Positions 46,955 through 57,423 are shown, counted from the first letter of the stretch. The stretch: 64,000 nucleotides of DNA from Nitrososphaeria archaeon (GCA_027078545.1 JALWXN010000004.1:960001-1024000); one strand, 5' to 3'. The notes: a model not told the origin generated them from the letters alone. Numbers and translations are program-made.

Positions 46955-49900
46955 CTAGACCTGCCTAACCCCTATTACATACCTCTCCCCCGAGATCTCC
47001 CACTCCCTAGTATAGTGGTCCTGAGGTATCTCGAGGCCAGGCCCAATCACGAGGCTCTTTGCACGAGTCTCATTCGAGATGTATCCGCTATGCTCCCTAA
47101 GCATCTCGGCAGCCTCCTCGTCAGGGGTCGAGACATACACCGATACATAGGCCGATATCGGTAGATCCATCTCCTTCCTCATGGCCTGTATCCTCCTAAC
47201 AACATCCCTGGCGAGGCCCATAGCCAGCTCCTCACGGGAGACCTCCCTATCAAGGACGAGGACCCCATGTGGGAAGCTCCTCACCACGTATCTAGGGTCT
47301 GGCTCCTCCAGGACCTCCACCATATCCCTGGTTACCCTATACTCCCTATCATCGACCACCACTACGTAGTGGCCCAGCTCCTCAAGAGCCTTTAAAGCCT
47401 CCTCGCCACCCTCCTCAAGAGCTCTAGCAACCTTAGAGGCGTCGGCCTTGAAGACGGGGCCCAACACCCTCATGACCGGCCTGACCCTCCTCACCATGAA
47501 CCTTCCCTGCTCGGAAGTGGGTAGGACCATGACCTCCTTAACATTGAGCTGGCTCCTGAGGACGTCTCTAAACACCTCCACAGCCTCCCTCATACCCGGG
47601 TCGTCACTGAGTATGTATATCCTCTTCACCGGGATCCTGAACTTCAGGCCGGCCTCCATCCTGGCGGCTCCACCTGCCTCCAACACCTCGTCTATATAGT
47701 TCATCAGCTCCTCGAGACGCGTATCTATAAGCTCCTCATCAGGGTCTGGCAACATGTCTAGGTGGATACTCTCAGACCCATCGGCCAATGCTGGGAGAAA
47801 CATATCCCTATAGATCTTCTCCGTTAGGAAGGGTGTTATCGGGGAGAGCATGAGTAGGAGTCGGTATAGGACGTAGTAGAGAACCGCGTAGGCACTGAGC
47901 TTAGCCGGGTCATCACCCTCTAGCCACGTCCTCCACCTAACCAGCCTTATATACAGCCTACTGAGATCCTCGACGAAGAAGTCCCTAAGAGTCCTGAGGG
48001 CCTCATGGATGAATGCCCTATCCATAGCCCTTAGATACTCCTTGAGCACGGTGTTTACCCTGCTCAGTATCCACCTATCCTCAGGCCTCAAAACCTCGAG
48101 ATACTTCTCCAGGGGATGCTCGTCATACCTATAGCGGTCAAGGTTCATATACATCGAGGCGAAGAGGTAGATGTTCCAGAGTATATTGAGGTCCTTAAGG
48201 CTATGCTCAAGCTTCGCCCAGGAGAACTTGAGATCCTCCCAGATCGTGTACTGTAGTAGTGTATAGCGGAGTATATCCCTTCCAAACCTATCCACCACCT
48301 CGGTGGGGGAGACATAGTTACCCAGGCTCTTATGCATCTCCCTACCCTTCTCATCCAGTACGAAGCCGTGGATCTGTAGCCTCTTATAGGGAGACTCGTC
48401 GAACCCTATGACCCCGGCCCTCAACAGGCTGAAGAACCAGCCCCTAATCTGGTCATGACCCTCTGTTATGAAGTCGACTGGGTAGAGGGTCTTGAAGGGC
48501 TCCTCCCTCATGGGGTAGGAGAGACTCGCGTAGAAGGCGACTCCACTATCGAACCACACGTCCAGGACATCGGGGACACGCTCCATAACCCCTCCACATC
48601 TACACCTAAGCTTCACCCTGTCTATCCAGGGCCTATGGAGGTCTTCAAGGCTACCCTCGACCATACGCTCCTCTATCTCACCCCTGGATCCTATCACGAC
48701 ATAGTCTCCACAATCCCTACAGACCCAGACAGGTATGGGAATACCCCAATACCTCTGCCTAGATATGACCCAGTCCCTAAGCTCCGTCAACCAGTTCCTA
48801 AACCTCTCGACGCCCCAGGCTGGGGTTATATCTACATCCTCAATAGCCCTGAGGAGATCATCCCTAATCCTCGTAACCCTTATGAACCACTGCTCCGTAG
48901 CCCGTATGATCAGCCTACTCTTACATCTCCAGCAGACCGGGTATTTATGGACTATACTCTCCCTCTTGAAGAGGTATCCATCCCTCTCGAGATCCCCTAT
49001 GATCTCCTCATTAGCCTCGAAGACATTCATCCCGGCATACTTGCCGACCTCCTCCCTATACACTCCACGCTCATCGACGGGCGACACGACTGGGAAGCCC
49101 CTAGACCTACCCACCGAGAAGTCCTCCTCACCATGCCCAGGGGCGGCGTGTACAAGGCCTGTACCCTCCTCCCTAGAGACATGCTCAGCGGTCGTCACGA
49201 CTACATGGTAGTCATCCAGCCCCTCCTGGAGCTTCACATACCTCCTCAGGGGATGGATATACCTAAGCCCCTCAAGCTCCCTACCAGGGAACCTCCTGAG
49301 AACCCTATACTCCTTATCACCCATCACGGCCTCGAGCCGGGCCTCCATCAGTATAAGCCTCTCACCCTCGACCTCCACCTCGACATACGTCTCGTCGGGA
49401 TGGGCCATGACGAAGACGTTGGCGGGGAGTGTCCATGGAGTAGTCGTCCATACAAGGAGGCTAGCGCCACCATCCCTCAGGGGGAAGCGTACATAGATCG
49501 AGGGGTCCTTCAGATCCTTATACTCGGAGACCTCATAGTCCGAGAGGACGGTCTCACACCGGGGGCACCACCAGACGATGCCTAGATCCCTCGTCAGGAG
49601 CCCCTTCTCATGGGCCTTCTTAATCAGCCACCAGGAAGACTCTATATACTCGTTCCTAAGGGTGTAGTATGGGTTCTCCCAGTCCATACTGACCCCGAGG
49701 TCCCAGAAATGCCTACTCATACTCCTCGAGTTCTCAATAGCAAGTCTCTTACACTCCTCTATGAAGCGCTCAACCCCCACCTTCTCCTCGATCTCCCGCT
49801 TATTCGAGATCCCCAGCCTCTTCTCAGTAGCCACCTCGATCGGGAGGCCATGCGTATCATAACCGGGCTGGTCCCAGACCCAGTACCCCCTCATCCTCCT

Positions 49901-50131
49901 ATACCTGATCACAGCATCCTTCATAGACTTGTTCCAAGCCGTACCGATGTGGGGAACGTCGCTCGAGGGGTATGGAGGCCCGTCTAGGAAGTAGTATTTA
50001 GGGCCTCGCCGGGACCGGGCCTTCTCATATATCCTAGCCTCCTCCCAGAACCTGAGTATATCCTCCTCAAAGGATTTTGGCGAGTATCTACGCTCGAGAC
50101 TACCTATGTATCGATCCTCATCACCAGCCAT
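46955..50131 (-). CDS. ileS: Isoleucyl-tRNA synthetase (type 2)
   Basis: FLDGPPY, HIGT, GYDTHGLPIE, WTTTPWTLPAN, GTGLVHAAPGHG, SRQRYWG, EMHKSLGN. Confidence 0.97.
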   Translation of the reverse strand: MAGDEDRYIGSLERRYSPKSFEEDILRFWEEARIYEKARSRRGPKYYFLDGPPYPSSDVPHIGTAWNKSMKDAVIRYRRMRGYWVWDQPGYDTHGLPIEVATEKRLGISNKREIEEKVGVERFIEECKRLAIENSRSMSRHFWDLGVSMDWENPYYTLRNEYIESSWWLIKKAHEKGLLTRDLGIVWWCPRCETVLSDYEVSEYKDLKDPSIYVRFPLRDGGASLLVWTTTPWTLPANVFVMAHPDETYVEVEVEGERLILMEARLEAVMGDKEYRVLRRFPGRELEGLRYIHPLRRYVKLQEGLDDYHVVVTTAEHVSREEGTGLVHAAPGHGEEDFSVGRSRGFPVVSPVDERGVYREEVGKYAGMNVFEANEEIIGDLERDGYLFKRESIVHKYPVCWRCKSRLIIRATEQWFIRVTRIRDDLLRAIEDVDITPAWGVERFRNWLTELRDWVISRQRYWGIPIPVWVCRDCGDYVVIGSRGEIEERMVEGSLEDLHRPWIDRVKLRCRCGGVMERVPDVLDVWFDSGVAFYASLSYPMREEPFKTLYPVDFITEGHDQIRGWFFSLLRAGVIGFDESPYKRLQIHGFVLDEKGREMHKSLGNYVSPTEVVDRFGRDILRYTLLQYTIWEDLKFSWAKLEHSLKDLNILWNIYLFASMYMNLDRYRYDEHPLEKYLEVLRPEDRWILSRVNTVLKEYLRAMDRAFIHEALRTLRDFFVEDLSRLYIRLVRWRTWLEGDDPAKLSAYAVLYYVLYRLLLMLSPITPFLTEKIYRDMFLPALADGSESIHLDMLPDPDEELIDTRLEELMNYIDEVLEAGGAARMEAGLKFRIPVKRIYILSDDPGMREAVEVFRDVLRSQLNVKEVMVLPTSEQGRFMVRRVRPVMRVLGPVFKADASKVARALEEGGEEALKALEELGHYVVVVDDREYRVTRDMVEVLEEPDPRYVVRSFPHGVLVLDREVSREELAMGLARDVVRRIQAMRKEMDLPISAYVSVYVSTPDEEAAEMLREHSGYISNETRAKSLVIGPGLEIPQDHYTREWEISGERYVIGVRQV

Positions 50132-50254
50132 ATATAATTGTTTCTAGGCCCAGGCGTTATTAACCCCCAACATTTGAACGGGCATTATGAACGGGGTGTA
50201 CACATCTGGGGCTATCCCTGTAAATCACGGGTAAACAGTGTTAACCACGGTTTA

Positions 50255-50974
50255 CTATGGCGAGACCGAGATGTATATCCTCCTATTCCTCCTACCCTTA
50301 CTCTCATACTTAAGGAAGACTATCTCCCCGATCTCCCTGGTATTCTTGACATGTGTACCCCCATCGAACTGGATATCGATATCCCCTATCTTAACCACCC
50401 TGAGGGGGCCCTTCATATACTTCTCATACTTGCTGAAGTCCGCAACCCTGAAGAGATGCTTCATCTTCAATGCCTCCTCGGGGGAGACGAAGAATACCTC
50501 CACCTCATGACCCTTCCTAGCCAGCTTGTTAGCCTCATCCACGATCTCCATCGCATACTCCTTATTCATCTCCTCGGCGGGGAAGTCTATCCTGGCACGG
50601 TCCTCATAGATCTGGCTACCCGTTATGAGTACGCCGAGCCTCTCATACATCACAGCGCTTATCACGTGGAGAGACGTATGGAGCCTCATTATCCTATACC
50701 TCCTCTCCCAATCGATCTCGAGCTCTACAGCCTCACCAACCTCTGGCAATCCATCCTCAGCCACATGGTAGACTAGTGAGCCCTCCCTATACGCCCTGAC
50801 TATCCTATGCTCAGAGCCTCCCCACCTAGCCAGACCCGTGTCGTGGGGCTGCCCACCCCCACCCGGGTAGAATACTGTCTTATCCGTGGCGAAGCCATCC
50901 TCACTCCTCGCTATAACCTCTGCCTCCACCCTCCTGGCATAGGAGTCTCTCCAGTATATCGGGTCGGTCTCCAT
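50255..50974 (-). CDS. alaXM: Free-standing alanyl-tRNA editing protein AlaX-M
   Basis: YWRDSY, TVFYPGGGGQPHDTG, MRLHTSLH, DGGTHVKNT; start set at METDP. Confidence 0.92.
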   Translation of the reverse strand: METDPIYWRDSYARRVEAEVIARSEDGFATDKTVFYPGGGGQPHDTGLARWGGSEHRIVRAYREGSLVYHVAEDGLPEVGEAVELEIDWERRYRIMRLHTSLHVISAVMYERLGVLITGSQIYEDRARIDFPAEEMNKEYAMEIVDEANKLARKGHEVEVFFVSPEEALKMKHLFRVADFSKYEKYMKGPLRVVKIGDIDIQFDGGTHVKNTREIGEIVFLKYESKGRRNRRIYISVSP

Positions 50975-51026
50975 ATCAATAATGGATGGGGCTGCAGCCC
51001 CTATATCTATTACAGGTGTCCAGCGC

Positions 51027-51404
51027 ATGACAGCTAGGAGGAGGGCTGAGAAGATCGTAGAGTCCATACGGGATAGGGCCGAGGTAGTGAGGATCGTCGG
51101 CGACAAAAGGGGCAGGGCCTACGTAAAGACAGGGCTATCCATGGAAGATGCTAAACAGATAGTAGAGGATGTACTGGGGAGGGTGGAGGAGGGTGAGGTG
51201 GTCAAGATGAGTGTAGATAGGGGCGTATTCATCGACATGGGTAGTGAGACCGTCGAGATAACCGGGGGAGCCATATACGAGTACTACGACTACCCAACAT
51301 CCTCACACCTATACCTTAGGCTCCTCAGGCTGAGGTATCTAGGGAGGGAGTGGACAGCGGTCTATATAGACTGGGACATAGACTCACCCTGGTGGAGCGA
51401 CTAG
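51027..51404 (+). CDS. Hypothetical protein
   Basis: 125-aa ORF divergent from alaX; no recognised motif. Confidence 0.55.
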   Translation: MTARRRAEKIVESIRDRAEVVRIVGDKRGRAYVKTGLSMEDAKQIVEDVLGRVEEGEVVKMSVDRGVFIDMGSETVEITGGAIYEYYDYPTSSHLYLRLLRLRYLGREWTAVYIDWDIDSPWWSD

Positions 51405-52483
51405 GATCCAGTATCGATCAGGACCGGGGCCTCTACATCCCTCCACCTGAGGACAAAGTTGAGCTTATACCCACACCTGGGGCATCTACCATCCCTATCC
51501 AGCTCGAACCTAGTGATGTAGAAGCCATATCTATCCACAACCTTGTAGCCACAGCCTGGGCAGTAGGTATCCTCATAGGGATGGCCCCAGACATTCCCTA
51601 TATAGACGTGGTGAAGCCCCATAGACCTAGCCCTCTCCACATACTTCTCGAGGAGCTCCACAGGTGTGTGGGGCACATCCATCATCCTATAGTCGGGGTG
51701 GAAGCGTAGGAAGTGTAGAGGAGTCTCTGGCCCAAGCTCGTCATGTACGAACCTAACCAGCCTCTCAAAACTCTCCTCCCTAAGACCCTCCTTAACCGGG
51801 ACGACTAGATCCGTAACCTCTATGAATATCCCACGCCTCCTCATCTCCCTAAGCGACTCGAAGATATCCTCGGCATCCTTCACCCAGATATACTTCCTGT
51901 AGAAGGCCCTGTCCCCATGCCCCTTAAAATCGACGGTGGCCGCATCCAGGTCACGGCTAATCTCCCCAAGCGCCTCAACCGTCATATACCCATTCGTCAC
52001 CCACGTGTTAAAGAGCCCCCTACTATGTGCCAGAGCCATGACGTCCATGGCATACTCCGCGAATATCGTGGGCTCGTTATAGGTGTATGATATCCCCGAG
52101 GCACCCCTCCTAATAGCCTCCTCCACCACATACTCAGGAGGTGTATAGGGCTCCTCCACACGCCTCCTCTGGCTTATATCCCAGTTCTGACAGTACTGAC
52201 AGGCATAGTTACATCCCGCAGTAGCTATTGAGGCAACCAAGGTCCCGGGCATGAAATGGCTCAACGGCTTCTTCTCAATAGGATCCACGTTCAGGGTGAC
52301 TATCCTACCATAGTTGAGGGCGTACAGCCTACCATTAACAACCTTCCTCACACCACAGAAGCCTATACCCCCCTCAGGGATACGGCAATGCCTAGCACAT
52401 AGATAGCAGTGGACCCTACCATCCTCCCTCCGCCAGAACCTAGCCTCGACAAGACCCGTCTCCACAGTCCACCTCCCACCCAT
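51401..52483 (-). CDS. AmmeMemoRadiSam-type (PflA-like) radical SAM enzyme
   Basis: CYLCARHC, GFCGVR, VDPIEKKPLSHF, GCNYACQYCQNWDISQ, YTYNEP, LRFHPDY, TYCPGC. Confidence 0.92.
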   Translation of the reverse strand: MGGRWTVETGLVEARFWRREDGRVHCYLCARHCRIPEGGIGFCGVRKVVNGRLYALNYGRIVTLNVDPIEKKPLSHFMPGTLVASIATAGCNYACQYCQNWDISQRRRVEEPYTPPEYVVEEAIRRGASGISYTYNEPTIFAEYAMDVMALAHSRGLFNTWVTNGYMTVEALGEISRDLDAATVDFKGHGDRAFYRKYIWVKDAEDIFESLREMRRRGIFIEVTDLVVPVKEGLREESFERLVRFVHDELGPETPLHFLRFHPDYRMMDVPHTPVELLEKYVERARSMGLHHVYIGNVWGHPYEDTYCPGCGYKVVDRYGFYITRFELDRDGRCPRCGYKLNFVLRWRDVEAPVLIDTGS

Positions 52484-52526
52484 ATAGACTGGGACGGATG
52501 GTGATAAAGAATATTTAGCTATAGCC

Positions 52527-52958
52527 CTACATCAGCAACGCTGTGGTGGCTATAGCGGCGGGGCTCGCAGCTATAAGGGGGATAGCAGAGCCCTCAAGCC
52601 CGAGGAGATTCCTGAGATACGGTATGAAGAGGCCTATCGTATTCGTCATCAATACTAGCATCAGGTAGGCCGCCAATCCACCGAAGACAGATGCATAGAA
52701 GACGTAGAGGAAGTATAGGATCATATCTCCCTCCCCAAACCCCTCCCCAAGCCTGTTAAGGACTATGTAGACAGGGATGAAGATGACGATGTAGAAGGGT
52801 ATGATCTCGACGACCCTGTAGGGGAAGTGGGTCAGGGAGTAGATAACCACGGGTATAGTGGGTAGCCACATAAAGTCGTCAACATAGTAGTCAACGAAGT
52901 CGTCTATCGCCGCCGGGACCAGTGAGAGCACCAGGAATATATCTGGCAGGGTGAACAT
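52527..52958 (-). CDS. Short A24-family prepilin/preflagellin peptidase-like membrane protein
   Basis: AAIDD..VDD in TM1 and GFGEGD (GxGD) motif. Confidence 0.55.
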   Translation of the reverse strand: MFTLPDIFLVLSLVPAAIDDFVDYYVDDFMWLPTIPVVIYSLTHFPYRVVEIIPFYIVIFIPVYIVLNRLGEGFGEGDMILYFLYVFYASVFGGLAAYLMLVLMTNTIGLFIPYLRNLLGLEGSAIPLIAASPAAIATTALLM

Positions 52959-52967
52959 CTAATGCCT

Positions 52968-53318
52968 TTACCCTTCCACGCCCAGCTCCTTCCTCACATC
53001 CTCAGTCGCATTCTTACTCAGTATCTCGTCCTTATCGAAGACCTCCACCTCGATATCCACGGGGACGACCCTACTATCCTCGACCCTGAACCTCAGGTTG
53101 ATATTCGTCACGGCCTGCTTAGGAACCTTATACTTCTCCGCCAAGACTCGGTAGATAGCCCTGTTAACCTCGGTTATACTATCATTCAAAGCCTTGGAGT
53201 CCACCTTCCCAGCCTTGACATCATCCCTTAGTACTCCGTTGATCACCCTCCTAAGCTTCAGGGCATACCCACTGACCCTTACAGGGCCAGTTCTGACCTC
53301 GAGGACATCAGTACTCAT
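52968..53318 (-). CDS. ThermoDBP/DUF2258 single-stranded DNA-binding protein
   Basis: RTGPVRVSGYALKLRRV..EVNRAIY resembles the ThermoDBP N-terminal motif. Confidence 0.75.
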   Translation of the reverse strand: MSTDVLEVRTGPVRVSGYALKLRRVINGVLRDDVKAGKVDSKALNDSITEVNRAIYRVLAEKYKVPKQAVTNINLRFRVEDSRVVPVDIEVEVFDKDEILSKNATEDVRKELGVEG

Positions 53319-53426
53319 AGCCACCACAATAACCATAATATTATTATATCCATAGTTAATTAAGCAGGGCCCATGGATAGTCGGGGTACCCCCTTAAATA
53401 CTCGTTAGACGTGTAAAGAATACCAG

Positions 53427-56400
53427 ATGAAGACTAGACACATACACGGGATATACCTATCCGGATGCGTGGTCTGCGGAGGCCCCATAGGAGACGACAG
53501 GCTAATGATGGGCCTCCCATGTAGGGGATGCATACCCGATAAAGACCTTGAGAGGCTCGGCCCCAGACCAAGCCTCCTAGAGATAGACAGGTATATCAGG
53601 GATAGGGGGGTCGAGCCCAGCCAGACATTCAGGCTAATGGTTGAGGTGGAGAGGAAAACCAAGGAGTTTAGAGATCTCTTCCAGAGGGCCGTGGGTAACA
53701 GGCCCTGGTCCGCCCAGCTAACCTGGGCGAGGCGAGTATTCAAGAAGGAGAGCTTCTCGATAGTCGCTCCCACCGGTATCGGGAAGACAGTCTTCGGGAT
53801 AGTCATGAGCATATATAAGACCTACATAGAGCTGGAGAGGGGGAGGGACAGGGACAAGGCATACATAGTCCTCCCCACGACAGCCCTGGTCAAACAGGTC
53901 TACCAGAAGACCCTCCAGTTCCTCGATAGGCTCGGTCTGGACCCCAGCTACGTAGTGGCATACCACAGCGACCTCAGGACCAGGGAGAGGAGGGAGGTTG
54001 TGGAGAAGATAGTGAGTGGAGACTTCAAGATACTGATAACGACCAACCAGTTCCTATCCACTAGGTTCGACCTACTCAGCGACAAGAAGTTCGAGTTCAT
54101 ATTCGTAGACGACGTAGACGCGGTGCTTAGGAGCAGCAAGAACATAGAGAACATCATAATCCTACTGATGCGCCGCGGCAGATCAAAGGCGGAGACCCTG
54201 AGGAAGGACCTCAAGAACATCCTTGAGGCCCTGATAGAGATTAGGAGGGCTAACCGTGAGGGAGACCCCGAGAAGATAGCCGAGTATAGGCGTAGGGTGG
54301 AGGAGATAAAGGAGCGGATGAGGGCTATAGGGACACTAGTCATCTCAAGCGCCACCGGGAGGCCCCGGGGGATAAAGGTCAAGCTATTTAAGGAGCTCCT
54401 AGGCTTCGAGGTGGGCCTGAGGAGCGAGACGATAAGGAACATAGTGGACACCTACCTCATCGTGGATGACGAGGAGGAGGCGCTGGAGAAGCTTGTATAC
54501 TACACAAAGACCCTGGGTAGTGGCGGCCTGATATACGTCCCCGTGGACAAGGGGATAGAGTATGCAAAGAGGCTTGCAGAACACCTGGCAAACAGGGGTA
54601 TAAAGGCCGACTACATGGCTAGTGGTAGGCTAACACCCCTGGAGAAGTTCCTCACAGGCGAGCTAGACGTCTTGATAGGGGTCTCGATCTACTACGGCGT
54701 CATGGTCAGGGGGCTCGACTACCCAGAGCATATTAGATACGCCATATTCCTAGGAGTCCCACGCTTCAGGTTCAGCGCGAGGCTTGCTGAGCCCAACGTC
54801 AGCCAGATAGCGAAGACGCTGAACATCCTGAAGGACATCGTACCCCAGGAGGAGATAGGCTACTGGCTCCGACTGGCAAACAAGATCGTGAAGACCGGGA
54901 CAATATACTACATCAGGAAGCTAAACGAGGTTCTACAGGGGGCTAGGGAGCCGGAGACAAAGACTGAGAGGGAGCTCCTAAAGGCTCTACAGTACATCAG
55001 GGAGAGGCTTGCCCAGGAGGAGGTCAGGGAGGCCCTAAAGAAGCATCCAGACGTGGTGATCGAGGAGGAGGGTGGCGAGCTATACCTCGTCATACCAGAT
55101 GTATATACCTATATACAGGCTAGTGGGAGGACGAGTAGGCTATACGCAGGAGGAGTCACCAAGGGCCTATCACTAGTCATAGAGACGGAGGAGAAGCTCC
55201 TAAAGATACTGATCAGGAGGATGGAGATAGTCTTCGAGGAGGCCAGGTGGAGAAGTATAGACGAGGTAGATCTGGATAAGCTCCTCAGGGAGATAGACGA
55301 GGATAGGCAGAGGGTCGTCATGGTGAGGACGGGCCAGCTAAAGGCGGAGTTCAGAGACCCGATCAGACCCATACTGATAATAGTGGAGAGCCCTAACAAG
55401 GCCCGGACCATAGCCAGGTTCTTCGGAAGGCCGAGCACCAGGAGGAGGAATGGACACCTAGTATACGAGGTGACCACGGGAGACATGTTGATATCCGTCA
55501 CCGCCACCGGAGGCCACATATACGACATCGTTGAGAGGCTGGATGAGGAGACCCTAAATAGGATAACCAGCCTACTCGGGGAGGAGCTCGAGAACGTCTA
55601 TGGCGTCCTTAGAGGCAGGGGGAGATACATCCCCGTCTATGGGAGGATAAAGATATGTAGGAATGGCCATCAATACATAGTCCCCGAGAAATACGTGATA
55701 GACGGGGAGACATACGAGGTCTGCCCCAAATGCCTCAGGAGCCTTAGGAGGAAGAGCCATAGGAAGAACCACCTAGAGAAGCTCAGGCTCGAGATCCCAC
55801 TCCTAGCAAGCGACGTGAGGGACAAGGGAGAGGCGGTAGACTTCATCAGGGGGATAGCCTCCGAGGTCGAGACGGTACTCGTGGGGACAGACCCCGACAC
55901 AGAGGGTGAGAAGATAGGCTGGGACATAGCCTCACTCGTAAACCCCTTCGCCAGGGAGATGCATAGGATAGAGTTCCACGAGGTGACCAGGAGGGCGATA
56001 TCAAACGCAATACGGGAGAAGAGGGAGCTCAACGAGAAGCTGGTGGAGGCACAGCTCGTCAGGAGGATAGAGGACCGCTGGATAGGCTTCGAACTATCCA
56101 GGAGGATCTACGGCGAGATATCTAGGGAGAGGGATAGCTGGTTAGTCCAGACCCTACAGGGCGGGTGGAGCGCCGGCCGTGTACAGACACCGGTACTGGG
56201 ATGGATAGTGAACAGGACAGAGGAGGCGGACCGCAACAAGAAGCAAGGTATTAGGCTGAGCATACCCAGCCTCGACATAGTGGTCTGGCTAACCTACGAC
56301 GAGCTCAGGAGGCTGGGTATAGACCCGGGCGAGATCCCACGTAGGACAGAGGATGGTGGGGACGGGGAGAGGGACGTAGACACAGAGATACTCCTCAGGC

Positions 56401-57398
56401 TAGAGATTGGAGATACATATACAGCGGAGGCCAAGCCACCACCCCCACTAACCACCGACTCCCTCCTAAGAGAGGCCTCGAGGCTATACGGGATGGACAG
56501 TAGAAAGACGATGAGGATAGCCCAGGAGCTCTTCGAGTCTGGACTAATAACCTACCACAGGACAGACAGTACAAGGATATCCGAGGAGGGCATGGGGATA
56601 GCTAGGAAATACCTAGAGACACGCTACGGAGAGGAGGGGCTGAAGGACTACTACCCGAGGAGGTGGGGCGAGGGAGGTGCCCACGAGGCGATACGCCCGA
56701 CAAGGCCCCTAGACGTAGACACCCTGATAGACATGGTGAGCCAGGGAGACCTGATGATACCTATAAACCTGACCCGGGACCACCTAAGGATCTACGGCCT
56801 AATCTTCGACCGCTTCATACTCAGCCAGCTAGCACCTGCCAGGTTGACTAAGAGGGTCGTAAAACTCCTATACCGGGATAGGGAGATCTACAGCACAGAG
56901 ATAACTACTGGGGCCGATACACCGGTGAAGGAGAGGTTCTACAGCATAGCCCACCCGATCAAGAAGATCGAGCTGAGGGAGGGCTACGTCAAGGCACTGG
57001 CAAGGCATGGGACTGTCTACCTAGTCAGGTTCTACACCGAGGGAGAGGTCATCGAGGAGATGAAGAGGAAGGGTATAGGGAGGCCCAGCACATACGCCAG
57101 CATAATACAGACGCTTAAGGAGAGGAGGTATGTAAAGGCTGTTCTTAGGATCTACCTCCTAGCCACCCTAAAGGGTAAGAAGGCCTACCGCATACTAAGC
57201 ACGAAGTATGGAGACCTAGTCTCTGAGGAGAGGACCAGGTTCGTCCAGATGCTTATGGACATGATCGAGAGGGGTGAGAAGGACTATATATCCGTCCTGG
57301 ACGAGCTATACGAGGAGATAGAGTATCTCAGGCATCGGGACTCGACGGAGGCCCAGTCCGAGGAGGTAAGGACTGCGGGCCCAAGGATGAGGCCCTAG
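53427..57398 (+). CDS. rgy: Reverse gyrase
   Basis: N-terminal CxxC..CxxC, APTGIGKT, DDVD, QASGRTSR, TOPRIM VESPNKA/DPDTEGE, SAGRVQ, catalytic ITYHRTDS, IGRPSTYA. Confidence 0.98.
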   Translation: MKTRHIHGIYLSGCVVCGGPIGDDRLMMGLPCRGCIPDKDLERLGPRPSLLEIDRYIRDRGVEPSQTFRLMVEVERKTKEFRDLFQRAVGNRPWSAQLTWARRVFKKESFSIVAPTGIGKTVFGIVMSIYKTYIELERGRDRDKAYIVLPTTALVKQVYQKTLQFLDRLGLDPSYVVAYHSDLRTRERREVVEKIVSGDFKILITTNQFLSTRFDLLSDKKFEFIFVDDVDAVLRSSKNIENIIILLMRRGRSKAETLRKDLKNILEALIEIRRANREGDPEKIAEYRRRVEEIKERMRAIGTLVISSATGRPRGIKVKLFKELLGFEVGLRSETIRNIVDTYLIVDDEEEALEKLVYYTKTLGSGGLIYVPVDKGIEYAKRLAEHLANRGIKADYMASGRLTPLEKFLTGELDVLIGVSIYYGVMVRGLDYPEHIRYAIFLGVPRFRFSARLAEPNVSQIAKTLNILKDIVPQEEIGYWLRLANKIVKTGTIYYIRKLNEVLQGAREPETKTERELLKALQYIRERLAQEEVREALKKHPDVVIEEEGGELYLVIPDVYTYIQASGRTSRLYAGGVTKGLSLVIETEEKLLKILIRRMEIVFEEARWRSIDEVDLDKLLREIDEDRQRVVMVRTGQLKAEFRDPIRPILIIVESPNKARTIARFFGRPSTRRRNGHLVYEVTTGDMLISVTATGGHIYDIVERLDEETLNRITSLLGEELENVYGVLRGRGRYIPVYGRIKICRNGHQYIVPEKYVIDGETYEVCPKCLRSLRRKSHRKNHLEKLRLEIPLLASDVRDKGEAVDFIRGIASEVETVLVGTDPDTEGEKIGWDIASLVNPFAREMHRIEFHEVTRRAISNAIREKRELNEKLVEAQLVRRIEDRWIGFELSRRIYGEISRERDSWLVQTLQGGWSAGRVQTPVLGWIVNRTEEADRNKKQGIRLSIPSLDIVVWLTYDELRRLGIDPGEIPRRTEDGGDGERDVDTEILLRLEIGDTYTAEAKPPPPLTTDSLLREASRLYGMDSRKTMRIAQELFESGLITYHRTDSTRISEEGMGIARKYLETRYGEEGLKDYYPRRWGEGGAHEAIRPTRPLDVDTLIDMVSQGDLMIPINLTRDHLRIYGLIFDRFILSQLAPARLTKRVVKLLYRDREIYSTEITTGADTPVKERFYSIAHPIKKIELREGYVKALARHGTVYLVRFYTEGEVIEEMKRKGIGRPSTYASIIQTLKERRYVKAVLRIYLLATLKGKKAYRILSTKYGDLVSEERTRFVQMLMDMIERGEKDYISVLDELYEEIEYLRHRDSTEAQSEEVRTAGPRMRP

Positions 57399-57423
57399 AC
57401 TTATATAGCCGATCCATAGGCTA

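Noticed and set aside
48455-49585. 376-aa plus-strand ORF
   Set aside because: Lies wholly antisense to ileS, with a Pro/Leu/His-rich shadow composition and no motifs
50138-50776. 212-aa plus-strand ORF
   Set aside because: Antisense to alaX; no motif support
53427-57398. Possible intein in reverse gyrase because of its length
   Set aside because: No C/S...HN splice junctions or LAGLIDADG motifs seen; extra length comes from short insertions
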